Shown here piece after piece: positions 9,506-18,657 of a stretch of 64,000 nt of DNA. Each line of letters starts with the position of its first letter. Within the stretch, counting starts at the first letter, position 1. The stretch spans positions 38,057 to 102,056 of the forward strand of contig CAYHHK010000001.1 in the NCBI GenBank assembly GCA_964356415.1, read 5' to 3'. The notes beneath the pieces were generated by a model. The model saw only the letters and a program-made list of their open reading frames with translations, made no database searches and was not told the origin of the DNA. The position numbers were made by a program, and so were the translations under genes. This DNA is from an uncultured Flavobacteriales bacterium (GTDB lineage: Bacteria > Bacteroidota > Bacteroidia > AKYH767-A > 2013-40CM-41-45).

Positions 9506-12298
9506 TCATTTTTCATTCCTTTCATATTGACCTTTAAGCTGTGTAAGTATATCCTCCGGCAGGATAGGCAATTTGGTAATCCGAACGCCAACGGCATCAT
9601 AAACTGCATTTGCAATTGCAGGTATTACAGGATGTAAGGCACCTTCACCGCATTCTTTTGCACCAAATGGTCCTTCGGGGTCATTTGTTTCTATAATATT
9701 GGTAACGATATCAGGTGTATCGAGTGAAGTCGGAATTTTATAGTCGAGAAAATTGTTATTTACGATGAGGCCTTTGTAATATTTCATTTGTTCACTCATT
9801 GCCTGTCCAATTCCCATGTGCCACGAACCCTCCAGTTGCCCTTCAACCGCAAGGGGATTAATTGCCTTGCCACAATCATGTGCGCCCCATACTTTAAGTA
9901 TTTTAACATGGCCGGTTTCCGTATCCACTTTCACTTCTGCTACGCAGGCACCAAAGGAGTAGGAGGGACTCAAACCTGCTCCGGCTCCTTTGAAATCACC
10001 ACCCAGTTTTGGAGAGATATATTTTCCGCTGATAGTGACTGCTCCTCGTTTTGAAGTGAGTATATCAATTGCTTCCAGCCAGCTTAAATTAAGTTTTTTA
10101 TCGTTGCTAAAAATCCTTTCATTGGCCAGATTTAATTCACTAACAGCAATGCCATTTTGCAATGAAACAGATTCAAGGATTTCTTTTCTCAGATTTTCTG
10201 CAGCATTTTTTGCAGCATTTCCTGCCATGAATGTGACCCTGCTTGAGTAGCTTCCCAAATCAACCGGAGTTAAAAGTGTATCACCGGCCAGAACAAATAT
10301 TTTATCCATGGAAAGACTCAAAACTTCTGATACAATCATTGCAAGCATTGTATCGCTTCCTTGGCCGATATCACTTGCACCGCTGGTGATCAATACCCTT
10401 CCATCAAAATCAACTTTCAAGTGAACTGTTGATTGGGGTAATTCATTCCAGATGATTGGCAATGCACTTCCGCTGATAAAAAAACCACATGCTACACCAA
10501 GACCGTGGCCATGCTCTAGTTTGCCATGACGATTTTTCCAGTCACTTTGTTCGGCAACTTTCATCAGAGATTCGCGACTGCCATTTGAAGTTATTCTGTA
10601 TTCGCCAACTGTAAGTGTGTGGGGAGTTAAAAAATTTTTGATTCTTATTTCTACCGGATCAATTTTCAGTTTATGTGCGACATCATCAATAAGACTTTCT
10701 GTCGCAAACCGGGAATTCACAGCACCATGTCCGCGCATGGCACCGCATTGCGGCTTGTTGGTATAAACACGAAAAGTTTTAAATCCGAAATTGTCCAATT
10801 TGTAAGGTGCCTGCAGCAACACTCCGTTATAATAAGAAGTAACGACACCAAAACTTCCATATGCACCTCCATCAATGGCGATGTCAGCGTCCAAAACATT
10901 AAATGTTCCGTCATTTTTTACGCCTAATTGCAACGTCATTCGTGACGGGTGACGACCGTGATTACTAATGAACACTTCTTCGCGTGTGAATCGGATCTTA
11001 ACCGGTTTTCCGGTTTTGCGGGCAAGATGGGAAATGATCATTTCATGTGGAAAAGGATCACTCTTCCCGCCGAACCCGCCACCAACATAGGGTTTGATAA
11101 CGCGCACCCTGCTCAGTGGAACTTCCATCACTTTCGCCAGGGCCCTGTGAAGGTAATGTGGAACCTGGGTAGCGGTTATGATAGTCAATCCGTTCTCATC
11201 CCAGTAGGCAGTGGCTGCATGGGGTTCAGTGAATGCATGCGTCACCCCTTCAAATTCGAATGACATTTTTGAAACAATGTCTGATTCTTCCAGCCCTTTT
11301 TGCTGATCACCAAAACGCAACTCAGCTTTCTTGTGGACGTTGTTATTGAACTTTACGTGCCCATGTATTTTTTCATGGACTCCGACATCATTAAGCGATT
11401 CATCAATGGAGAGGAATTCTTTGATTGGTTTATAGGTTACCTTAATGCATTTCAGGGCTTCTATGGCAATGTCTTCGGTATCGGCTGCAACAGCAGCAAC
11501 TACTTCACCGATGTACCGTACTTTGTCAATTGCCATTGCGGTTTCATCATTCGAAATCGGAAGTACGCCGAATTTTACGGGTAGTTCTTTCCCTGTAATT
11601 ATTGCGCGTACACCGGGTATTTTTTCAGCCTCACTTGTATTAATGCTCTCTATTTTTGCATGAGGCAGGATACTGCGGAGAAATTTTGCATGCAGTGAAT
11701 TATTAATTCTAATGTCATCAGCATACGCTGCTGAACCACTTACTTTTTTGTTGGCTTCGATATAAGGCCTCCCGACACCGACTGTTTTGAATGTTGAATT
11801 ACTGATGCTGGCGGTTTCGGTTTTTGGATTTTGTCTATCATTAGCATATTCAGAAACCGCTTCGATGATTTTTTTGTATCCTGTGCATCGGCAAACATTT
11901 CCCGATAGCGACTCCTTTATTTCATCGATTGAAGGATTCGGGTTTTTATTTACAAAGTCAAGGGCCGTAATAACCATCCCGGGTGTGCAGAAACCACATT
12001 GAACTGCACCCTTCTCCACAAACTTATCCTGAAGTTTATGCAATGTGGCATGGGTTGAAATACCTTCAATGGTGGTTATGCTTGCTCCTTCAAAGCGCAA
12101 AGCCGGTGTAATGCAGCTTAATACGGGCTTATTATTTACCAATACAGTACAGGCACCGCAACTTCCCTGTTCGCAGCCGATTTTTGTACCTGTCAAGCCA
12201 GCTTTTTCACGAATGACCGTTGAAAGCATTTCATGAGCATTAACAACAAGATCGAAATGCTTTCCATTGATAATATAAGAAACAAGCTTATTGTTCAT
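9506..12298 (-). CDS. fused [2Fe-2S] ferredoxin-type small subunit and molybdopterin-binding large subunit of a xanthine dehydrogenase/aldehyde oxidase-family molybdenum hydroxylase
   Basis: 930 aa. The N-terminus carries CEQGSCGAC...C and CGFCTPGM...CRCTGY, the two [2Fe-2S] motifs, followed by the Mo-binding aldehyde-oxidase/XDH domains. The ATG at 12298 overlaps the ferredoxin stop (ATGA). Confidence 0.9.
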   Translation of the reverse strand: MNNKLVSYIINGKHFDLVVNAHEMLSTVIREKAGLTGTKIGCEQGSCGACTVLVNNKPVLSCITPALRFEGASITTIEGISTHATLHKLQDKFVEKGAVQCGFCTPGMVITALDFVNKNPNPSIDEIKESLSGNVCRCTGYKKIIEAVSEYANDRQNPKTETASISNSTFKTVGVGRPYIEANKKVSGSAAYADDIRINNSLHAKFLRSILPHAKIESINTSEAEKIPGVRAIITGKELPVKFGVLPISNDETAMAIDKVRYIGEVVAAVAADTEDIAIEALKCIKVTYKPIKEFLSIDESLNDVGVHEKIHGHVKFNNNVHKKAELRFGDQQKGLEESDIVSKMSFEFEGVTHAFTEPHAATAYWDENGLTIITATQVPHYLHRALAKVMEVPLSRVRVIKPYVGGGFGGKSDPFPHEMIISHLARKTGKPVKIRFTREEVFISNHGRHPSRMTLQLGVKNDGTFNVLDADIAIDGGAYGSFGVVTSYYNGVLLQAPYKLDNFGFKTFRVYTNKPQCGAMRGHGAVNSRFATESLIDDVAHKLKIDPVEIRIKNFLTPHTLTVGEYRITSNGSRESLMKVAEQSDWKNRHGKLEHGHGLGVACGFFISGSALPIIWNELPQSTVHLKVDFDGRVLITSGASDIGQGSDTMLAMIVSEVLSLSMDKIFVLAGDTLLTPVDLGSYSSRVTFMAGNAAKNAAENLRKEILESVSLQNGIAVSELNLANERIFSNDKKLNLSWLEAIDILTSKRGAVTISGKYISPKLGGDFKGAGAGLSPSYSFGACVAEVKVDTETGHVKILKVWGAHDCGKAINPLAVEGQLEGSWHMGIGQAMSEQMKYYKGLIVNNNFLDYKIPTSLDTPDIVTNIIETNDPEGPFGAKECGEGALHPVIPAIANAVYDAVGVRITKLPILPEDILTQLKGQYERNEK

Positions 12299-12528
12299 CT
12301 TGAGGTTCTTTCAACTTTAATAATTTTTGCAGGACAAATTATTGCTGCTTTTAAATTCAATTTGTATTCATCTTCATCGACATCCATTCTATATACTCCC
12401 CCTTTTTCTTTGCTCCCGATTAAGTTGCATTTTCCGTCTTTTCTTGATATTCGCCACCTGCTTTTGTTTGCTTCTGCGCATGCATTGCAGCCAATACACT
12501 TGCTGCGATGAAAGTATATCCTAACCAT
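12295..12528 (-). CDS. small [4Fe-4S] (single-cluster-type) ferredoxin
   Basis: 77 aa with CIGCNAC ... CP motifs. Its start overlaps the U32 stop by 1 nt (TAATG) and its stop overlaps the downstream start (ATGA). Confidence 0.75.
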   Translation of the reverse strand: MVRIYFHRSKCIGCNACAEANKSRWRISRKDGKCNLIGSKEKGGVYRMDVDEDEYKLNLKAAIICPAKIIKVERTSR

Positions 12529-13769
12529 TATGCATCAATGATTTTATACAATTTATCTGAAGGACGAATTTTGGCTTTTACCGGAAATGTAACAACATCA
12601 CCCTTTGAACATCTTTGGATGCTGTTGTCATTAACCCGAAATTCGTGCACATTTTCATTTATGACTCCTGTAGTAGGGCCACTGATTAGTATTTCATCTC
12701 CCACGTCAAGTGTTTGAGATTCAATTTTAAATTCTCCGATTCCGATTTTGTCAAAATACTTCACGACTTTTCCAATGTATATTTTTTTTTGGGTTGCCTT
12801 TGAGCCGTATTCATTATTCCATTCGCCAATTTTCTTTCCAAGATAATATCCGTCCCAGAAACCACGATTGAATACTGTAGATAATTTTATTTTCCATTGA
12901 TCTGCCTTCTCTTTTGAATAGGATTTTTCGTAAAATGAATCAATGGCTTCACGATAACATTTGGTAGTGGTGTAAACATAGTCTTCGCTCCTTCCTCTGC
13001 CTTCAATTTTTAAAACACAAACACCTGTATCAAGTATTTTGTCTATGAAATCAATGGTGCATAGGTCTTTAGCTGACATAATATATTCATTGTCAATTTC
13101 CAGTTCGGTTCCGGATTCTTTATCTATTACAACATAATTGCGTCTGCAATTCTGTATGCAGGCCCCGCGATTGGCAGACGAAAAATTGGTATGGAGACTC
13201 AGGTAACATTTGCCTGAAACGGCCATACACAATGCGCCATGTGCGAAAATTTCTATACGCACAGGTTTTCCGGAGGGCCCAACAATATTTTTCCGTTTGA
13301 TTTCACGCACAATGGATTTCACCTGATCAAGCGTGAGCTCCCGTGCCAGTACCATCACATCTGCAAACTGAGCGTAGAATTCTACAGTCTCAATATTTGT
13401 GATGTTGGCTTGTGTTGAAACATGAACGGGCATACCTGATTTTTTTGCAAAACTCATTGCGGCATGATCTGATGCAATAATCGCATTTATACCACAAGAT
13501 TTAGCCTTGTCAATTATGGTACGCATCAATACTAAATCGTGGTCGTACAGAATTGTGTTAAGTGTGATATATGTTTTGATTTTATTTTCCTTCGCGATTG
13601 AAGAAATATTTTCTAAATCTTCTAAAGTAAAATTGATGCTTGAACGCGCGCGCATATTCAGTTGCTCAACACCAAAATAAATAGCATTGCAGCCTGCTTG
13701 AATTGCGGCCATGAAGGATTCCCACGAACCGCAAGGAGACAAAAGTTCTATTTTGTGGTTCTTAACCAT
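12528..13769 (-). CDS. peptidase U32 family protein (TrhP/RlhA/UbiU-like, probable O2-independent Fe-S hydroxylase family)
   Basis: 413 aa with a conserved U32 core (MVKNHKIELLSPCGSWE...AGCNAIYFG...) and a C-terminal beta-barrel domain. ATG at 13769. Confidence 0.8.
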   Translation of the reverse strand: MVKNHKIELLSPCGSWESFMAAIQAGCNAIYFGVEQLNMRARSSINFTLEDLENISSIAKENKIKTYITLNTILYDHDLVLMRTIIDKAKSCGINAIIASDHAAMSFAKKSGMPVHVSTQANITNIETVEFYAQFADVMVLARELTLDQVKSIVREIKRKNIVGPSGKPVRIEIFAHGALCMAVSGKCYLSLHTNFSSANRGACIQNCRRNYVVIDKESGTELEIDNEYIMSAKDLCTIDFIDKILDTGVCVLKIEGRGRSEDYVYTTTKCYREAIDSFYEKSYSKEKADQWKIKLSTVFNRGFWDGYYLGKKIGEWNNEYGSKATQKKIYIGKVVKYFDKIGIGEFKIESQTLDVGDEILISGPTTGVINENVHEFRVNDNSIQRCSKGDVVTFPVKAKIRPSDKLYKIIDA

Positions 13770-13881
13770 TGTTCAGTGAGTTGACATCAATTTGAAATTC
13801 GAAAATATTATATGGAGGTATGACCTCCTATATCATTTTCAATAAATATTTTCAAAGATGATGAAACTACACAACTCAAAA

Positions 13882-13897
13882 TATGACTTAGGTCATA
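13882..13897. promoter_or_regulatory. candidate operator palindrome TATGAC-N4-GTCATA in the promoter region of the U32-fdx-Mo-enzyme operon
   Basis: Perfect 6-bp inverted arms with a 4-bp spacer inside a 343-bp AT-rich intergenic region. A related half-site (tatgacc) sits in the nearby GGAGGT-cat-ACCTCC hairpin at 13815-13829. Confidence 0.25.
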
Positions 13898-14112
13898 AAT
13901 AGGCGTATGGAATCCCACTATTTTAGATTACAATACCGAGGATGTGAGTTTTAAAGAAAATATTGTTTGGATGAGGGTGTTATATCAGTCATTGTTTTTT
14001 GAAAAGCTCAATGTTGAAATTTATTGTCCTTAAATGGCTTTCAACCACAAGATAATTTTAAAAAACAATCTTAATAACATTCGACAATCAGCGATTTAGC
14101 TGTTGTATTTAT

Positions 14113-15024
14113 TTAATCATGAGGAATATGTAGCATTACCTTAAAAATATGAAGTAGGTAAGGGAACAAGGCGTCCATACTTTCTGAAGCACCACGGGTA
14201 GAGCCCGGCAGCGCGAGAATGAGTGTATTTCCCTTCAGTCCTGCAATACTTCTGGAGAGCATGGCGTACGGCATTTGTTCCTGTCCGTAATTTCTGACGG
14301 CTTCAGCAATGCCCGGAATTTCTCTGTCGAGGAGTGGCCGGATGGCTTCCGGGGTAACATCACGAGGCGACAGCCCGGTTCCTCCTGTTAAGATTATCAG
14401 GTCAATTTGGTTTTTGCAAAACATCAAAACATTCTCCTGGATAATTTTGATTTCATCAGGGATGATAATGTATTCGCCAACCGGTATTTGTAATTTCTCT
14501 AGTTTTCCAATGATGGCTTTGCCTGCAGCGTCCTGTTTCTTTCCTGCTGAAACGCTGTCAGAACAAACAATCACTGCTGCTTTGATGTTGCTGTTTAGTT
14601 TATCCATGTATTGCGATTTGCCGCCTTTCTTCTTAATAAGTTTAAGATTTGTAATTTCTATTTCCTTATCAATCGGTTTGAGCATATCATATATAGTGAG
14701 TGCTACAACGGATGCTCCATGCATGGCTTCCACTTCAACTCCTGTCCGGTAAATGGAGTGTACTTCTGTTTCAATGATAATATTCAGGCCATCTATATGA
14801 TGACTTACTGAGGCAAATTCAATCGGCAATGGATGACAATCCGGAATCATATCACTTGTTCTTTTTATTCCGAATAAACCAGCAACCCGGCTTGCTTCCA
14901 GCACATCTCCTTTCGGAACAGTCTTGTTCCTTATTGCGTCAATGGTTTCCTGCCTGCTGACTTTTACGGTCGCCTGAGCTATTGCAAGGCGGTGTGTTTT
15001 TATTTTGTTTGTGATGTCAACCAT
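14113..15024 (-). CDS. moaC: bifunctional MoaC (cyclic pyranopterin monophosphate synthase) :: MogA/MoaB (molybdopterin adenylyltransferase) fusion
   Basis: The N-terminal ~150 aa form a MoaC fold and the C-terminal part is MogA-like with GGTG. The ORF-track first codon at 15054 is TTG, and the first ATG is at 15024 (MVDITNK...). Confidence 0.85.
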   Translation of the reverse strand: MVDITNKIKTHRLAIAQATVKVSRQETIDAIRNKTVPKGDVLEASRVAGLFGIKRTSDMIPDCHPLPIEFASVSHHIDGLNIIIETEVHSIYRTGVEVEAMHGASVVALTIYDMLKPIDKEIEITNLKLIKKKGGKSQYMDKLNSNIKAAVIVCSDSVSAGKKQDAAGKAIIGKLEKLQIPVGEYIIIPDEIKIIQENVLMFCKNQIDLIILTGGTGLSPRDVTPEAIRPLLDREIPGIAEAVRNYGQEQMPYAMLSRSIAGLKGNTLILALPGSTRGASESMDALFPYLLHIFKVMLHIPHD

Positions 15025-15149
15025 ATTATATTTTATTTTTATTTCCTTTTGCAATGTGACAATATTAGTCTTCTATTTTAATCGAAAGAATTCCTCGACT
15101 AGTCTTGCCTTAGGCGAGAACAGGCGGGGTGAATGATTTTTTTTCCAAT

Positions 15150-15593
15150 CTAGTGGTTCATTTTCCATGCATAGTTTTCATCATTGAATATTTCTTTACC
15201 CCATACAGGAACTTCTTTTTTAATTCTCTCAACAATTGCTGCACAGGCATCAATGGCATCTTTTCTATGCGCTGAAGAAGTAAATACAAAAAGACTGATC
15301 TCTCCGGCTTTCACTTTACCAAGACTGTGATAGATGTGAAGGCAGGTAAGAGAATATTTGATGATTTCTGATTCCCGTATTTCATGAAATTTCTCCATAG
15401 CCATTTCGTCATATGTTGAATAGTCAATTGCAACTACTTCTTTCCCATTGATCAAATCATTACGGACCTGGCCCAGGAAAATACTGTGTGCGCCGATTGT
15501 TTTTTTGGTGCTGTGTTTTGCAATGGAATCAGCAATGAAGGAAGGTTGTATTGATCCCTCAATAAATACTTTTTTAATTTTCTTTTCGTTCAT
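15150..15593 (-). CDS. moaE: molybdopterin synthase catalytic subunit MoaE
   Basis: ~147 aa MoaE. The ATG at 15593 lies immediately after the moeB stop (15595). The longer track ORF begins with GTG and would overlap moeB by 46 nt. Confidence 0.8.
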   Translation of the reverse strand: MNEKKIKKVFIEGSIQPSFIADSIAKHSTKKTIGAHSIFLGQVRNDLINGKEVVAIDYSTYDEMAMEKFHEIRESEIIKYSLTCLHIYHSLGKVKAGEISLFVFTSSAHRKDAIDACAAIVERIKKEVPVWGKEIFNDENYAWKMNH

Positions 15594-15594
15594 C

Positions 15595-16713
15595 TTAAAT
15601 TGAAATATTTTGATGATATTTTTTCCAGGCTTTGATTCCACCGGACAGGCTGTACACTGTGCAACCGGGGAAATTAGCTCTCAGCAGATTTGCAGCTTTC
15701 AGACTTCGAAGTCCGGTTTGACAAAATATTACAAGCTTGTTTTTATTTGCCATTGACTGCAGATTATTTTTAAAAATGCTCATTGGAATTCTCATATTTG
15801 TAAATTCATTAACTTCAGGGAATTCATCCATTTCACGTACATCAATAATTGTAATTATTTCATTTTTTAAAAGAGTATCAAAGTCCTCTAATGATATCTC
15901 TTCAATATTTTCTCCGGCTTTGCAGCCATATGAGTAGTTAAAATTTAAGAAATCGGCTTCGGTTTCAGGAAATGTTCCGGTTGACCTTTCTAAAGGTGAA
16001 ACGGCGACTTCATAAAATGAATTGTGCAGTGCATTATAGGTAAGGATCTTATTGCACAAAGGGCTTCCAAGTCCGGTAATAATTTTAATTGCCTCCGTAG
16101 CCTGCAGAATTCCAATTATACCCGGTAAGACACCGATAACTCCGGCTTCATTGCATGAAATTGCTGATGCATCATCAGGCGGAGTCGGAAATAAATCCCT
16201 GTAATTTGTTTTACGGTTGGATTTCTCTTCTGCAAGATTAAAGACAGCAACCTGTCCTTCAAAACGAAAAACAGCACCATATATCATTGGTTTGTCCAAC
16301 AGCACACATGCATCATTGATAAGGTACCGTGTGGAAAAATTGTCGGACCCGTCAATTACCAAATCATATCCGGAAATTATTCTAAGCGCATTTGAATTCT
16401 GAATTGAGAAGTTGAAGGGCTGAATGCTACAATCAGGATTTAATTTGTTGAGTCTTGATGCGGCTATATCAGCTTTTGATTTTCCAACATCTTCAGTTGT
16501 ATAAAGGATTTGTCTTTGTAAGTTGGAAATTTCAACGGTATCAAAATCTGCTATTCCAATGTTTCCGATGCCTGCTGCGGTAAGATATTGAAGCGCAGGA
16601 CAGCCTAAACCGCCCGCACCCACAACAAGAACCCTTGCATCCAACAATTTCTGCTGTGAAGCAATGCCAAATTCCTTCAATATGATTTGTTTTATGTATC
16701 TCTCAGTATTCAT
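15595..16713 (-). CDS. moeB: molybdopterin-synthase adenylyltransferase/sulfurtransferase MoeB (ThiF family) with a C-terminal rhodanese domain
   Basis: VLVVGAGGLGCPALQYL E1-like nucleotide-binding motif. The C-terminal rhodanese active-site loop is CQTGLRS. Confidence 0.9.
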   Translation of the reverse strand: MNTERYIKQIILKEFGIASQQKLLDARVLVVGAGGLGCPALQYLTAAGIGNIGIADFDTVEISNLQRQILYTTEDVGKSKADIAASRLNKLNPDCSIQPFNFSIQNSNALRIISGYDLVIDGSDNFSTRYLINDACVLLDKPMIYGAVFRFEGQVAVFNLAEEKSNRKTNYRDLFPTPPDDASAISCNEAGVIGVLPGIIGILQATEAIKIITGLGSPLCNKILTYNALHNSFYEVAVSPLERSTGTFPETEADFLNFNYSYGCKAGENIEEISLEDFDTLLKNEIITIIDVREMDEFPEVNEFTNMRIPMSIFKNNLQSMANKNKLVIFCQTGLRSLKAANLLRANFPGCTVYSLSGGIKAWKKYHQNISI

Positions 16714-16751
16714 TTAATGAATGCTTTCTTACTTTTAAAGTCAGAAAACTT

Positions 16752-16985
16752 TTATCCGCCTGAAAAGGGTGGAAGCAAGGCAACGGTATCACCATTATTC
16801 AACAACGTATTTTTCTGAACCAGGGTCTTATTAACCGCCATGGAATAGTCTATTGCTGCAATTCCATGATAAATTTCAGCCAGTTTTATTTGTAGTTCAT
16901 CCGTGTTGTTTATTCCTGAAAATATTATCTCAGGTTGGCCAACTATATCACCAATTTGTCCGAAAGCAAGTAGTCTGATTTCCAT
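16752..16985 (-). CDS. moaD: molybdopterin synthase sulfur-carrier subunit MoaD
   Basis: 77 aa ubiquitin-like protein ending in the ...FSGG di-glycine terminus. Confidence 0.85.
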   Translation of the reverse strand: MEIRLLAFGQIGDIVGQPEIIFSGINNTDELQIKLAEIYHGIAAIDYSMAVNKTLVQKNTLLNNGDTVALLPPFSGG

Positions 16986-16987
16986 TC

Positions 16988-17569
16988 TTATTTATTTTGG
17001 GTTGCATTTTCAAAGTCTTTCATGGTATTGATGTTTGAGAAGAAATAATTCTCAAATGATTTAATGTCGTTTACATTTATCTTAGTTAGCTTGAAATTTG
17101 AAATCATGTTGTGAAGTTTAATTTCGCCGCTCAGAATTAAGCTTTCCCATTTTGCAAGACACTCTTTTGAATAAACTCCAAACAGCGGCTCAATGGTTTT
17201 TTCATGTTCCGGCAATGTTATTTGGCTTTGCCCTGATGATTCTATAATATACCTGACTCCATTTGTAGTGATGAATGGCATGTCGCAGCTCACTATAAAG
17301 TTATGGTTTTTATCTGTATGGCTCAGTGCAGAGTGAATTCCTCCTGCAGGACCAATGCTCAATTTCAAATCTCCAATAACCTCCAAACCAAATTGCTGAT
17401 AGGAGGCATTGCCGGAAACAATTACCAGGTTCGCTACTGCCGGTTGAATTTGTTCAATCATTTGTTGAACAACGGCTTTCCCGTTTAATAGCATCAAACC
17501 TTTATCCATTCCCATGCGTGAGCTTTTGCCGCCTGCAAGAATATATCCGTTTACTTCAGATTTCTTCAT
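16988..17569 (-). CDS. mobA: molybdenum cofactor guanylyltransferase MobA
   Basis: LAGGKSSRMG nucleotidyltransferase motif. The track ORF's first codon is TTG at 17584, and the first ATG is at 17569. Confidence 0.85.
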   Translation of the reverse strand: MKKSEVNGYILAGGKSSRMGMDKGLMLLNGKAVVQQMIEQIQPAVANLVIVSGNASYQQFGLEVIGDLKLSIGPAGGIHSALSHTDKNHNFIVSCDMPFITTNGVRYIIESSGQSQITLPEHEKTIEPLFGVYSKECLAKWESLILSGEIKLHNMISNFKLTKINVNDIKSFENYFFSNINTMKDFENATQNK

Positions 17570-17580
17570 ACCGGATCTTT

Positions 17581-18312
17581 TCAAGTAGTAAATAGTTTTA
17601 CAGATGCAATCACCAGTACAGCGGCAAGCATTCTTTTAAGTAATTTATTTTCAATTATTTTCGCGCCAAAGTACGATCCTGCGACCCCTCCAACCAATGC
17701 AATCGCTATCATAGCACCCATTTGATTGTTAAAATGAAAGTCCTTCGTAAAGCACCCGGCAAGCCCCGCGATCGAATTCACGAAAATAAAAAGTGCGGAA
17801 ACTGCAGCTGATTGTTTCATGTTAGCCCAATGCAACAGTAAAATCACCGGGCTTAGAATAATGCCGCCGCCAATTCCGATCATGCCTGAAAAAAAACCTA
17901 TTACTGCTCCAATGACTAATGCTACATATACATTTATTGATTTTATAGGTTGTTCAGTGCTGACCTTCAATCCGGCGAGTTTTATTACAGGGAAAATTAA
18001 TAATAATGCCAAAATCTTCTTGTATATTCCTGCATCAACAGTGAACAGACCGCCAAAAAATGCCGCTGGAATAGAGGCAATGGCAAAGGGAATAAACAGG
18101 CTCCATTTAAAAAAACCACTTCGGTAATATTGAGAGAATGCTATCAGGGAAACAAAAATATTCAGCAGCAGCGCCGTTATACGCATGGTGTCCGTTGGAA
18201 AGGAAAAAAACGCCATCAATGCCAGGTAACCGCTGGCTCCACCATGCCCGACGGATGAATAAAGAAATGCTACGGCAAGAAGAAGAAAATAGAACAAATA
18301 CGATGAATGCAT
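17581..18312 (-). CDS. TSUP (TauE/SafE) family anion transporter embedded in the Moco operon
   Basis: 243 aa with 7-8 TM helices and the repeated GxGGG motifs of the TauE/SafE family. It is tightly packed between the modE-like gene and mobA. Confidence 0.8.
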   Translation of the reverse strand: MHSSYLFYFLLLAVAFLYSSVGHGGASGYLALMAFFSFPTDTMRITALLLNIFVSLIAFSQYYRSGFFKWSLFIPFAIASIPAAFFGGLFTVDAGIYKKILALLLIFPVIKLAGLKVSTEQPIKSINVYVALVIGAVIGFFSGMIGIGGGIILSPVILLLHWANMKQSAAVSALFIFVNSIAGLAGCFTKDFHFNNQMGAMIAIALVGGVAGSYFGAKIIENKLLKRMLAAVLVIASVKLFTT

Positions 18313-18318
18313 CAGTGT

Positions 18319-18651
18319 TTATATTGTTTTGTTGAGCTCATTCTTAAATTTTTCGAATTCTTTAAAAAGAATTTCATACATAGTAATTAATTTTTGTCCT
18401 TCTGTTGTTAGCCTTGTTCCGCCACCATTTACTCCACCGGCTGTTTTTTTAAAAAGTGGTTTCGCATAACATTTGCTCATGTTATTTGCCATTTCCCATG
18501 CATGACGGTACGACATTTTCATTTTCTTAGCCGCGGATTTTATTGATCCTGTTGACTGAATAGCTTCCAGAAGTTTTTTCCTCCCGGGCCCGATCAGCTG
18601 GCCTCGTTCATTCTCTACCCAAAGCGTTCCTTTAAGTTTTAATGATGACAT
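18319..18651 (-). CDS. ModE N-terminal-domain-like winged-helix regulator (molybdenum-pterin-binding regulator family, no TOBE domains)
   Basis: 110 aa. LLEAIQSTGSIKSAAKKMKMSYRHAWEM matches the ModE/LysR-type HTH. Confidence 0.65.
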   Translation of the reverse strand: MSSLKLKGTLWVENERGQLIGPGRKKLLEAIQSTGSIKSAAKKMKMSYRHAWEMANNMSKCYAKPLFKKTAGGVNGGGTRLTTEGQKLITMYEILFKEFEKFKNELNKTI

Positions 18652-18657
18652 GGCAAA

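Noticed and set aside
8523-12298. Mo-enzyme as aerobic CO dehydrogenase (CoxMSL) or generic xanthine dehydrogenase
   Set aside because: The S and L subunits are fused. The FAD subunit has a Cys-cluster insert not found in CoxM/XdhB. There are no coxDEFG accessory genes. The context is anaerobic with ferredoxin coupling.
15594-15641. N-terminal extensions proposed by the ORF track for moaE (15641), narK1 (26866), the T9SS gene (25370), hyuA (6956), hyuB (4789), mobA (17584), moaC (15054) and the oah-like gene (49756)
   Set aside because: The first codons are TTG or GTG, or the extensions overlap the upstream gene by 40-90 nt. Internal ATGs give the expected N-termini (signal peptide, conserved first motifs) and non-overlapping packing.
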